A DNA stretch of 64,000 bases from positions 71,476 through 135,475 of the forward strand of contig JAIPIB010000001.1 of NCBI GenBank assembly GCA_021734905.1, given 5' to 3'. This document shows positions 1-9,206 of the stretch, in pieces; within the stretch, counting starts at the first letter, position 1, and every line of letters begins with the position of its first letter. Below the pieces are notes generated by a model. That model was not told where the DNA came from. It did no database searches and saw nothing but the letters and a program-made list of their open reading frames with translations. The DNA is from Minisyncoccota bacterium (lineage in GTDB: Bacteria > Patescibacteriota > Minisyncoccia > Phycocordibacterales > UBA918). The translations under genes were made by a program, and so were the position numbers.

Positions 1-104
1 TATATATACTCTACAGAAGATTTTGTTCTTTTTCAAGATCCTGCGCCATAAGCTGTTTTAGCTTTAAAACCGAGTATTTCATTTAACGAATACGCGCTGA
101 AAGC

Positions 105-132
105 TTGACCTTTTTTCACCTACCTGTATAAT
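105..132 (+). promoter_or_regulatory. Candidate sigma70-type promoter (TTGACC-N16-TATAAT) about 460 nt upstream of the 16S 5' end
   Basis: ttgacc at 105-110, 16-nt spacer, tataat at 127-132. It is the only near-consensus -35/-10 pair in the AT-rich 16S leader. Confidence 0.3.
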
Positions 133-597
133 AGCGCCACTGTCCAGTTTGAGGGTATATAGCGCTTATAAGAAGGCGTTTTATTTACTTTCATTGTTTG
201 GAGGATGGTTGTTTTTTGAGAGACTTGGAAGTGTATTTATTAGATATTTCTAATACGTATATTACAAGGTCTGTCTGGCAAAGGTCAGCAGATTACATAT
301 TTCAAATAGTAATCAGCAAGTTACTGTTTGAATGTACGTATAGTTACATAGTTGTAACGACTTTTTAAGTTGTTAAAAATATGGAACGGTACGCATCAGC
401 AAAATTGAATATTGGTAAATATTCCACCAAATGAAGAAGGCAAAAGCAATCATGATCTCAAACATTGTTTGGAATCGTGCATTCTCTTTTGTCTTATCCT
501 TAGAAAATTGTTTGTTGAGGGAGAATAGTAAGTACAGTTCTCCATTACTCACAGACGCAAGATCGCACCAATCACTTCGGTGATTGCGATCCTGTTT

Positions 598-2054
<1,457 letters not shown>

Positions 2055-2207
2055 AATTGGACACGTCGTCGAAAATGGTAACATTTTCACAAACGGCTAA
2101 TTGGTCGATATTTTGTGCCTCAATTGAGCACAAAATAGGCTATAATACCTAACCCTAAAGATGGTATTCGACTCACAGGAAAGACTGAGCTAGGATAAGA
2201 CAAAAGA

Positions 2208-2302
2208 GAGTGAACGCTGTTGATGCACAAAAAGGCACCCGTAAGGGTGCCTTTTTGTGCATCAAAGAACCGTGCCTGCGCACGGTTCGTCAGCGTTCAC
2301 TG
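2208..2302. repeat. Nested palindromic structure in the 16S 3' trailer: an 11-bp outer stem enclosing a perfect 21-bp hairpin and a 9/10-bp hairpin
   Basis: Outer arms agtgaacgctg (2209-2219) and cagcgttcact (2291-2301). Inner hairpin ttgatgcacaaaaaggcaccc-gtaa-gggtgcctttttgtgcatcaa (2220-2265). Second hairpin gaaccgtgc-ctg-cgcacggttc (2267-2288). Confidence 0.6.
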
Positions 2303-2451
2303 ACCGGAGCGATATTTTGTCGACCACAAGGAGATAAAATCGCGAGGTGAGGCCGACAGGCACTTAACGAGTGCAACGAGTTTAGTGACCTGGGCTGAAG
2401 ACTCGAACCGTGCCTGCGCACGGTTCGTCAGCGTTCACTGACCGGAGCGAT
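2267..2451. repeat. Exact 47-nt direct repeat, two copies (2267..2313 and 2405..2451) with a 91-nt spacer
   Basis: gaaccgtgcctgcgcacggttcgtcagcgttcactgaccggagcgat occurs twice identically. Each copy carries the gaaccgtgc/cgcacggttc hairpin. Confidence 0.8.
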
Positions 2452-2504
2452 GTTGATAGAAGATCCTATTCAAAATGAATTGTTTAGACAAGAGGTATTA
2501 CTAA

Positions 2505-2550
2505 TACAAAAAAATAAGCCACCTAGTTATGGGTGGCTCTTGTTTTGTGC
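2505..2550. terminator. Bidirectional rho-independent terminator between the 16S trailer and the convergent minus-strand ORF
   Basis: Stem agccacc (2518-2524) / ggtggct (2532-2538), flanked by an A-tract upstream and a T-run downstream (cttgttttgtg). Confidence 0.6.
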
Positions 2551-2562
2551 ACGGAATCGTCT

Positions 2563-3060
2563 TCAGGTTGTTCTTGTTTGTGTACGCGCGACGATGAGCT
2601 TGCCAAACATTGTGAGGATATAGGGGGTTATAGGGTATGCCTTGATTACCGCAACAGGCCTTATCGGTTGGCGAGAATATGACATCCGTAAACTACCAAC
2701 GAAGCCTTTGTTCGGAAGTACATGTATGTATCCTCCATGAGGACAGAGTTGCTCTCCTTCTTTTATGAATACGACAACCCCTTTCTCTCTTACGTTCTGC
2801 CAAGGAAGATTGTCCAGAGTTGCGTAGACAATTGCAATTATTGGATTTCCAGTCGCGTAAACCGCTTTTTGGTTTTGAAATGGTGTCCGTATCCGAGCTG
2901 GTTTTGATCTCTTTGGTAGCAAGAGGCGAGATCTCTTTCTTGATCCATGAAGAATGTACTTACCTATCGAGAGTCTCTTCAGGCGTTCCATGGTGATTTT
3001 GAATTTACGTGCCTCGGTAGGGCTTATCCTTCGTAGTGCTCCAGCAGTTGTTTTTTCCAT
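2563..3060 (-). CDS. Hypothetical basic protein (165 aa), no family recognised
   Basis: Long ORF with a strong intrinsic terminator right after its stop. Arg/Lys-rich N-terminus. No motif I can name. Confidence 0.4.
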   Translation of the reverse strand: MEKTTAGALRRISPTEARKFKITMERLKRLSIGKYILHGSRKRSRLLLPKRSKPARIRTPFQNQKAVYATGNPIIAIVYATLDNLPWQNVREKGVVVFIKEGEQLCPHGGYIHVLPNKGFVGSLRMSYSRQPIRPVAVIKAYPITPYILTMFGKLIVARTQTRTT

Positions 3061-3186
3061 TACTATCTCCCATCAGAATATTTTATCTAATAGTGATATT
3101 ACAACATGAAAAGCTCTATGTCAACCTCAAGTCTTGAGGGACTTAGAATTTATCGATTATTGCCAAAAAAGTTGGACAGGAAGTAA

Positions 3187-3597
3187 TCACTGAGTCCTAA
3201 ACTGACTTGGAAGCGTGTACCCAGCATCATTATCAGCGGGGTAGGTATTTTTTTGTTTCATGTAGTCTGGTGTAATTGCTTCATTGCCAAACCCGAGCCC
3301 ACTGACGAGTAGGTTAACAATACCCCAAAGACTTATAATGATAACGAAAGCCGAAATGCTCCATATGGTCATTGAACGCGCTTTTTCATGACCTTCTTCA
3401 CTACCACCTGCAAAGATAAAGAAACGTGCTGCATTCCAAACAAATATCAGAAATGCTATCGAGAGCAAGAAGGGTATGAGTGCGCCATCAAGGAATTTAA
3501 GTATATTTGCAAGGAAAGTTTGAATATTCATTACAGTAATCATACCGCAAAAGTACCCAAAATAAGCCGAATTTGCACATATTGACAATAATTTCAT
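3187..3597 (-). CDS. Small integral membrane protein (about 136 aa from the Met at 3597). It loosely resembles VirB2/TrbC-like pilins and similar small proteins common in CPR genomes.
   Basis: Two to three predicted TM helices (LIPFLLSIAFLIFVWNAARFFIF, IWSISAFVIIISLWGIVNLLVSGLGFG). On the minus strand a tattat -10 lies about 7 nt before this ATG, which suggests a leaderless start. The ORF-track start at 3651 would overlap the divergent gene. Confidence 0.45.
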   Translation of the reverse strand: MKLLSICANSAYFGYFCGMITVMNIQTFLANILKFLDGALIPFLLSIAFLIFVWNAARFFIFAGGSEEGHEKARSMTIWSISAFVIIISLWGIVNLLVSGLGFGNEAITPDYMKQKNTYPADNDAGYTLPSQFRTQ

Positions 3598-3650
3598 ATG
3601 TGCTATAATATATATAGAAGGTGGGTCATCGCTCACTAGAGGAGAATACA

Positions 3651-3830
3651 ATGCACGTTGTGAAAAAAGAAAGTAAGGCCGAAATACTCATGGGCTCCAT
3701 TTCTTTTGTTCTTTTCCTTTACCTCTTGATTGGGACGCCAGTATGGATGTCCCTCGCAGAAGGAAAGCCAATCTTCCCCGGTCTGCTCTATGAGCCAGCG
3801 GTGAGATTGATTCAAGCGGTTCTCGGGTAA
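3651..3830 (+). CDS. Small membrane protein (59 aa)
   Basis: gctataat -10 at 3603-3608 and GAGGAGA 7 nt upstream of ATG 3651. One TM helix (ILMGSISFVLFLYLLIGTPVWM). Followed by a hairpin plus T-run at 3854-3885. Confidence 0.35.
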   Translation: MHVVKKESKAEILMGSISFVLFLYLLIGTPVWMSLAEGKPIFPGLLYEPAVRLIQAVLG

Positions 3831-3853
3831 AACCCGCGGAACAGAAACAAAGT

Positions 3854-3936
3854 CGGGAGCGATTCATTTCGCACCCGGCTTTTTTAGTGTCGATAATACA
3901 AAACGCCGACATGCGCGCATGCCGGCGTTTTGTATT
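3854..3936. terminator. Two adjacent hairpins: terminator for the plus small ORF (3854-3885) and a bidirectional hairpin aaaacgccg..cggcgtttt (3901-3931) that serves the minus-strand tRNA
   Basis: gggagcga/tcgcaccc stem followed by ggctttttt. Perfect 9-bp stem aaaacgccg / cggcgtttt flanked by T/A runs. Confidence 0.55.
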
Positions 3937-3962
3937 TAATTTTGGATATTTTACGTACTTTG

Positions 3963-4036
3963 TCCGCGCTCTAGGATTCGAACCTAGGACCCTCCGAGTA
4001 TCAGTCGAATGCTCTAGCCAACTGAGCTAAGCGCGG
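3963..4036 (-). tRNA. tRNA-Ile (anticodon GAU)
   Basis: The reverse complement folds as a cloverleaf: acceptor CCGCGCT/AGCGCGG, D-stem GCTC/GAGC, anticodon stem TTCGA/TCGGA with loop CTGATAC (anticodon GAT), T-arm CTAGG-TTCGAAT-CCTAG, discriminator A. No encoded CCA. Confidence 0.85.
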
Positions 4037-4212
4037 ACAAATGGCACAAAATATCAAAATGGTTTACTGCTCTCGTGAGAAGTCATTTGGATACTCACCA
4101 ATCAGTCACACGATACTACCAAAAACTAAGCAATTGAGCAATGAATTGACACAATAGTATTTTGAGACACATATTGATATAGTACTGAAGGACTAAACAT
4201 GGAGGGTTTGAA

Positions 4213-4410
4213 ATGGCACGAGGAAAGACCTATTCTGCAGCAAAAGTTAAAGGTGGGACTCAACCACAAGAGAAAAAGTTTATTCCTGGAGGTACAGCAG
4301 TGAGACGTCTCGACAACGCGCGATTCGTTGTTCGACATAGTGGTGCTGATGGCTTACGGTTTGAGGGATATATCGGCCTCTTCAATCCACAGTACTTCTA
4401 CCCACTGTGA
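4213..4410 (+). CDS. Small basic protein (65 aa), unknown function
   Basis: GGAGGG 5 nt upstream of the ATG. Canonical terminator aaagcctgc..gcaggcttttt at 4428-4460 immediately downstream. Confidence 0.4.
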   Translation: MARGKTYSAAKVKGGTQPQEKKFIPGGTAVRRLDNARFVVRHSGADGLRFEGYIGLFNPQYFYPL

Positions 4411-4426
4411 GTTCTTTCAACAAACG

Positions 4427-4461
4427 AAAAGCCTGCGGTATTTCCCAGCAGGCTTTTTCTT
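4427..4461 (+). terminator. Rho-independent terminator
   Basis: aaagcctgcgg-tatttccc-agcaggcttttt followed by ct. Confidence 0.7.
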
Positions 4462-4760
4462 ATGAATTTTTAATACAGCTAGTTAACTGGTTGAGACGTT
4501 CCCATATCGTTAAGTCGCTGTTCAAGTCTGTCGACACCATCGCCGATTTGTGCAAGATCACTTTGGAACTGGACAGTAAGATTGTAAGTAAAAAATGCAA
4601 ACCCCACAATGAGAGTCCAGGCTATATATGGAAAGATTTTGTGTGATTCAAGCGTGTGTTTCATATGTGAGTAGTATAGCAAAGCATGTTTGTATATGTC
4701 GTATTGAGATGTTAGTATCCTTCATGGAATCGATACTTTGATTAAGAGAGGAGGCAGTAT

Positions 4761-5132
4761 ATGAATTGGTTCAATCCAGTCCCCTTAGGGGCACCACAGA
4801 GAGCGCGTAGGGTGGGTTTTTTAACTGGTGTGTGCGAATTAGCTCAGCCTAAGGAGCCAATTCTTACTGATCAAAAAAAATTTGAACTAAAACCAAAACT
4901 TGAGAAAGGAAAAGCAGCGAGCAAAAAACCTCCAAAACGCAAAAAATCTACAGTACTGCAGAGCAAATCCCTTTATTTCAAAAAAGGGCAGAGACTCCAG
5001 TATAAAAAGGGAAAAGGACCAAAAAAGGATCGAGAGAGGATTTTTGTAGTCGTTTTTCACGGACACAAAGGAATCCTCTTTGGAGGGAGAGATGTTCTCT
5101 TTTCCGAAGATTTTTTCGAACCAGTGGACTAA
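4761..5132 (+). CDS. Lysine-rich basic protein (123 aa), unknown function
   Basis: AGAGGAGG SD 8 nt upstream of the ATG. Central region is about 40% Lys/Arg (KPKLEKGKAASKKPPKRKKS...KKGKGPKKDRER). Confidence 0.5.
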   Translation: MNWFNPVPLGAPQRARRVGFLTGVCELAQPKEPILTDQKKFELKPKLEKGKAASKKPPKRKKSTVLQSKSLYFKKGQRLQYKKGKGPKKDRERIFVVVFHGHKGILFGGRDVLFSEDFFEPVD

Positions 5133-5185
5133 AAAGGAAGGAGGAAGGGAGGGTCGCAAGTAGTTTCTGCGGCCTTTTTTGTGCT

Positions 5186-6571
5186 ATGATGCGTCATATG
5201 CAGGGCGCTTCAGAATATTTTAAAGATAAGAAAATAACCGTAATGGGGCTTGGTTTGCTTGGTCGCGGTGTAGGGGATGCTGCCTTTCTGGCGGAATGTA
5301 GCGCGGAGCTTATCGTGACTGACATGAAGTCAGAAGAAGTACTCAAAGAATCACTTGAGAAGCTTTCCGCGTATAAAAACATTACCTATCGGCTGGGGGA
5401 ACACCACGAAGAAGATTTTCGAGGGCGCGACATGATTCTCGTGGCCGCAGGGGTGCCATTTGACTCGGTGTTTGTGGAAGTTGCTAGACAGGATGGAGCT
5501 GAGATCTCAATGAGTGGAGCGCTCTTTGCATCACTTTCAAAAGTTCCGATTATTGGTATCACCGGGACAAGAGGAAAGTCGACAGTGACTCACATGATTC
5601 ATCATGTTCTCAGAACTATGACTGAAGGAGGGAAGGTGCTTCTTGGAGGAAATGTGCGAGGAGTTTCAAACCTGCAGTTGCTGAAAGATGTTGAAGAAGA
5701 TTCTGTTGCAGTCATGGAACTCGACTCGTGGCAATTGCAGGGGTTTGGAGAGAAAAAGATGAGTCCACATATTTCAGTGTTCACCAACTTCATGGAAGAT
5801 CACATGAATTATTACAAAGGCAACATGGGAATGTATTTTGCTGACAAAGCAAATATTTTCATGTATCAAGATGAGCCAGATACTTTCGTAACAACTCGGG
5901 AGGTTCTTGAAAGTGCAGAAGTTTTTGCACGAGAAAAAGGATTTGAGATGGTCCAAAATATCCGACTCGCCGACACATCTATTCTTCCCGATGATTGCCT
6001 TCTTACAATGCCAGGCGAACACAACCGTCTCAATGCAGCACTTGCCATAGAGGCGCTTCGCGCCACTGGACTCACTGATGATGAAATCTTTGAAGGACTC
6101 GCGACATTTCCTGGAGTTCCTGGAAGACTCGAATATCTTGGAGAAATTAAGGGAATGAAAGTATACAACGACAATAACGCAACAACGCCTATGGCGACCG
6201 TTCGAGGGATTGAGGCGGTTGCCGGCAATAAGAACGTAGTTCTTATTGCCGGCGGAACATACAAAGAGATTGACTCGAGCGTGCTTATCGAACCAATCAA
6301 GAAATATTGCAAAAAGTTGGTTCTTCTTCCTGGGACAGGTACAGACAAACTCAAAGGAACCCTCCACACTATTCCAGTTAACTGGAATAGTGTGGAGGGA
6401 GTGACGGGTGGGGAGGTTCTTAAGAATGCGGTGGAGGCCGGGCTCGCCCATGGCGAGCCCGGCGACGTTCTCCTTTTTTCTCCTGGTTTTGCGTCTTTCG
6501 GTATGTTTTTGAATGAGTATGATAGAAATGATCAGTTTGTTGATATCATAAAATCACATGAAACTCTCTGA
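5186..6571 (+). CDS. murD: UDP-N-acetylmuramoyl-L-alanine--D-glutamate ligase
   Basis: N-terminal Rossmann VMGLGLLGRGVGDAAFLAECSAELIVTDMK. P-loop GITGTRGKSTVT. Mur ligase middle and C-terminal domains. Overlaps the murC start. Confidence 0.85.
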   Translation: MMRHMQGASEYFKDKKITVMGLGLLGRGVGDAAFLAECSAELIVTDMKSEEVLKESLEKLSAYKNITYRLGEHHEEDFRGRDMILVAAGVPFDSVFVEVARQDGAEISMSGALFASLSKVPIIGITGTRGKSTVTHMIHHVLRTMTEGGKVLLGGNVRGVSNLQLLKDVEEDSVAVMELDSWQLQGFGEKKMSPHISVFTNFMEDHMNYYKGNMGMYFADKANIFMYQDEPDTFVTTREVLESAEVFAREKGFEMVQNIRLADTSILPDDCLLTMPGEHNRLNAALAIEALRATGLTDDEIFEGLATFPGVPGRLEYLGEIKGMKVYNDNNATTPMATVRGIEAVAGNKNVVLIAGGTYKEIDSSVLIEPIKKYCKKLVLLPGTGTDKLKGTLHTIPVNWNSVEGVTGGEVLKNAVEAGLAHGEPGDVLLFSPGFASFGMFLNEYDRNDQFVDIIKSHETL

Positions 6572-7853
6572 TTACAAAAAGGCACATTTTATTGGGATTG
6601 GAGGCATTGGGATGTCCGGCCTCGCGCGTTTATTTCTTCATGGAGGCAAAGTAGTTTCTGGCTCTGATCGCTCGCCGTCAGACATTACACGGTCGCTTAT
6701 GTTAGAAGGTGCTAGCTTTTTTGAATCTCACGCAATAGAAAACATTACAGACGATATTGATCTTGTAATATACACGGAAGCCGTCAGTGAAAAAACAGAA
6801 GGGTATGTCGAACTACAAGAAGCGAAAAAAAAAGGAATTACGACGATAAATTATTTTGATGCACTAGGGATGGTTGCCAATGAATATTATCTCATTGCAG
6901 TTTCGGGAAGTCATGGAAAAACAACGACAACTGCAATGCTCATTGATATTTTTGAAGAAGCGGGGCTTGACCCCTCGGCTATTGTTGGTTCGCTACGATC
7001 GAAGACGAAGAGTAACTATCGCGCAGGGAAGAGTAAGTATTTTATTGTCGAGGCGTGTGAGTACAAACGTGATTTTCTTAGCCTTACACCAGATGTTCTT
7101 GTGATTACAAATATCGAACATGAACATGTTGACTACTATAAGAATCTTCGTGAAGTCCAACAGGCATTTAGTGAGTTTGCAGGACAGGTGCGGGATGGAG
7201 GTTCTATCGTTTTGAATTTTGGTGGACAAAATGTTGCTGCAATACTTGAGGGGATACACGCATCTATAGTTGATTATGGGAAGTATTTTGATCCGACTCT
7301 TACGTTAAAGATGCCTGGTGTCCACAATCAATTGAACGCGGCAGTAGCCAAAGCCGTGGCTGAGCTGGTTGGGATTGATTCCAAAATCACAAAGGATGCT
7401 CTTCAAAATTTTACCGGAACGTGGCGACGGTTTGAATATAAAGGGGAAGTTAACGGAGCAAAGGTATATGACGACTATGGACATCATCCGACAGAGATTG
7501 AGGCGACGATTAATGGCGCGAAGGAACTTTATCCAGATAAAAAAATAACGCTCGTTTTTCAATCACACACATACTCTCGTACGCATGCCCTTTTTAATGA
7601 TTTTGTACGGGCGCTCTCACTAGCTGATCGTGTGATAGTTCTTCCTGTCTACGCAGCGAGGGAGGAAAATATCTCCGGCGTTTCGCACACAAAACTCGTT
7701 GAAGCAATGATAAAAAGTGGAGAGGAGGCGCACACGACAGAGACATTTGTCGAGGTCGTTGAGGAACTCAAAAATTCAGCAACAAAAGACGACCTCATTC
7801 TTATCATGGGCGCAGGAGATGTTACACAAGTCGCAGGCATGTTGACGAAGTAA
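6558..7853 (+). CDS. murC: UDP-N-acetylmuramate--L-alanine ligase
   Basis: MurC signature HFIGIGGIGMSGLARLF and P-loop GSHGKTTTTAM. Confidence 0.9.
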   Translation: MKLSDYKKAHFIGIGGIGMSGLARLFLHGGKVVSGSDRSPSDITRSLMLEGASFFESHAIENITDDIDLVIYTEAVSEKTEGYVELQEAKKKGITTINYFDALGMVANEYYLIAVSGSHGKTTTTAMLIDIFEEAGLDPSAIVGSLRSKTKSNYRAGKSKYFIVEACEYKRDFLSLTPDVLVITNIEHEHVDYYKNLREVQQAFSEFAGQVRDGGSIVLNFGGQNVAAILEGIHASIVDYGKYFDPTLTLKMPGVHNQLNAAVAKAVAELVGIDSKITKDALQNFTGTWRRFEYKGEVNGAKVYDDYGHHPTEIEATINGAKELYPDKKITLVFQSHTYSRTHALFNDFVRALSLADRVIVLPVYAAREENISGVSHTKLVEAMIKSGEEAHTTETFVEVVEELKNSATKDDLILIMGAGDVTQVAGMLTK

Positions 7854-8125
7854 TATTTTGTAGTAGATTGGTTTAATAATTACCCACCAGAGGAGAGGGA
7901 GATGAAAAGGGTATTAAAGAAAGTTCTTCCGAAGGCCATGATATCCATGATTCGTCGTCTAAAAGCATATCTTGTGCTCATTATGCGCGAATATGGAAAA
8001 TACAGAACCGAACAACCTGAAGAATGCGAAAGGATTCGTGCAGAGCAGGTTTCGATGCATGACTGACTCCAATCTGTATTCAACAACAACGCGTGGGCTT
8101 GCTCGCGCGTTATTTACTTATATAA

Positions 8126-8809
8126 ATGACAGGATTACTTTCAATAGTTGCGACTCCGATAGGGAACATGGAAGATATCACTCTTCGGGCAATTCGTGTG
8201 CTTAAAGAAGCCGATTACGTCCTTTGTGAGGACACAAGGGTGACAGGAAATCTTTTGAAGCACTATGGTATAGAGACGAAGACACGGCGGTATGATGCCC
8301 ATGCATCAGAAAAAGTCCATGAGGGCATATTGAAAGACCTTGAGGATGGAAAACATATAGCACTTGTTTCAGATGCTGGGACTCCGGGGATAAGCGACCC
8401 AGGGGTAATGTTGGTGTCTCGTGCTCGTGAAGCACAAATCAGAATCGATGCTATCCCAGGTGTGTCTGCAGTGACGGCTGCATTTTCTATTGCAGGTATC
8501 TATGGAAACAGTTTTATCTTTTTAGGTTTTGCGCCACCAAAGAAGGGAAGGCAAACTTTTTTCAAAAGTTTGCCTGAATATGATATTCCCGTTATCTTTT
8601 ATGAGGCACCACATCGGATTATGAAAACTCTCGAATCATTAAAAGAAACCCTTCGTCCCAATCAACGAGTAATTATTGCACGAGAACTGACAAAGTTTTT
8701 TGAAGAAATTGTATCAGGTTCTCCAGAAGAAGTTCTTCAGTATTTTATTAGCAATTCCGACCATGTTCGTGGGGAGTTTGTCGTTTTGGTTGATCAGGCT
8801 AAAAAATAG
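8126..8809 (+). CDS. rsmI: 16S rRNA (cytidine1402-2'-O)-methyltransferase (tetrapyrrole methylase fold)
   Basis: LSIVATPIGNMEDITLRAIRVLKEADYVLCEDTR and VSDAGTPGISDPG, typical of RsmI. Confidence 0.85.
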   Translation: MTGLLSIVATPIGNMEDITLRAIRVLKEADYVLCEDTRVTGNLLKHYGIETKTRRYDAHASEKVHEGILKDLEDGKHIALVSDAGTPGISDPGVMLVSRAREAQIRIDAIPGVSAVTAAFSIAGIYGNSFIFLGFAPPKKGRQTFFKSLPEYDIPVIFYEAPHRIMKTLESLKETLRPNQRVIIARELTKFFEEIVSGSPEEVLQYFISNSDHVRGEFVVLVDQAKK

Positions 8810-8942
8810 CATCAACGGTGCCTGTAATAGATTTGTGCAGTGAATTTTATGTTTAGAGAGAGTTTTTAAGTTAGGATATCTCGAAATATGCTTTCCCGAC
8901 TCACTATTTTAAATACAGGGAGATTCAGGCTATACTATAAAT

Positions 8943-9206
8943 ATGTCGAAAGAATCATTTGTTTTTGTCCTTGGTGGAATTGTTTTTGTGACGCCGTTTT
9001 TGGGTGTTCCGAGTGATTACAAGGAGTGGATATTCATTGTAAGTGGAGTCCTCCTGATGATTGCCGGATATCGGTTGAGGAGAATGGCGTTTTTAAAATC
9101 TCTCGAGCATGAGAGCGGTGAACGTCGTGGAGAGGTCTTTGTCGAAAATAATCATTTTGAATTAGAAAAGAAAGAAGTTGTCCAACACGAGGAAATACAT
9201 GTATGA
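8943..9206 (+). CDS. Small membrane protein (87 aa)
   Basis: Two TM helices followed by an acidic tail. The ATGA stop/start overlap with the next gene suggests co-translation. Confidence 0.45.
   Translation: MSKESFVFVLGGIVFVTPFLGVPSDYKEWIFIVSGVLLMIAGYRLRRMAFLKSLEHESGERRGEVFVENNHFELEKKEVVQHEEIHV

Noticed and set aside
2267-2451. Two identical 47-nt repeats as a CRISPR array
   Set aside because: There are only two copies, the intervening 91 nt is not spacer-like in size relative to the repeat, and no cas genes are present. The repeats are part of a larger palindromic structure in the rRNA trailer.
2055-3100. Expected a 23S rRNA (or at least tRNA-Ala/Ile) directly downstream of the 16S
   Set aside because: No 23S 5' consensus and no tRNA fold were seen. 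A terminator and a convergent protein ORF follow instead. tRNA-Ile was found elsewhere at 3963-4036 on the other strand.
4147-4180. Exact TTGACA -35 hexamer upstream of the 65-aa gene as a promoter
   Set aside because: No acceptable -10 element at 16-19 nt spacing (acatat/atattg only), so it is not listed as a feature.
4407-4682. Overlapping ORFs 4407..4646 (+) and 4479..4682 (-) between the small basic gene and the Lys-rich gene
   Set aside because: There is no SD or promoter signal and they overlap each other. The minus ORF has one hydrophobic segment but nothing else, which is not enough to call a gene.
5774-6451. Antisense ORFs 5774..6451 and 5866..6369 (-) inside murD, and similar long antisense ORFs in other genes (for example 53441..54013, 60826..61431, 27772..28383, 42396..43004, 50739..51344)
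   Set aside because: They are wholly contained within strongly supported sense-strand genes (murD, sat/cysC, secA, GT4, kpsF, membrane protein) and show no recognisable protein features.
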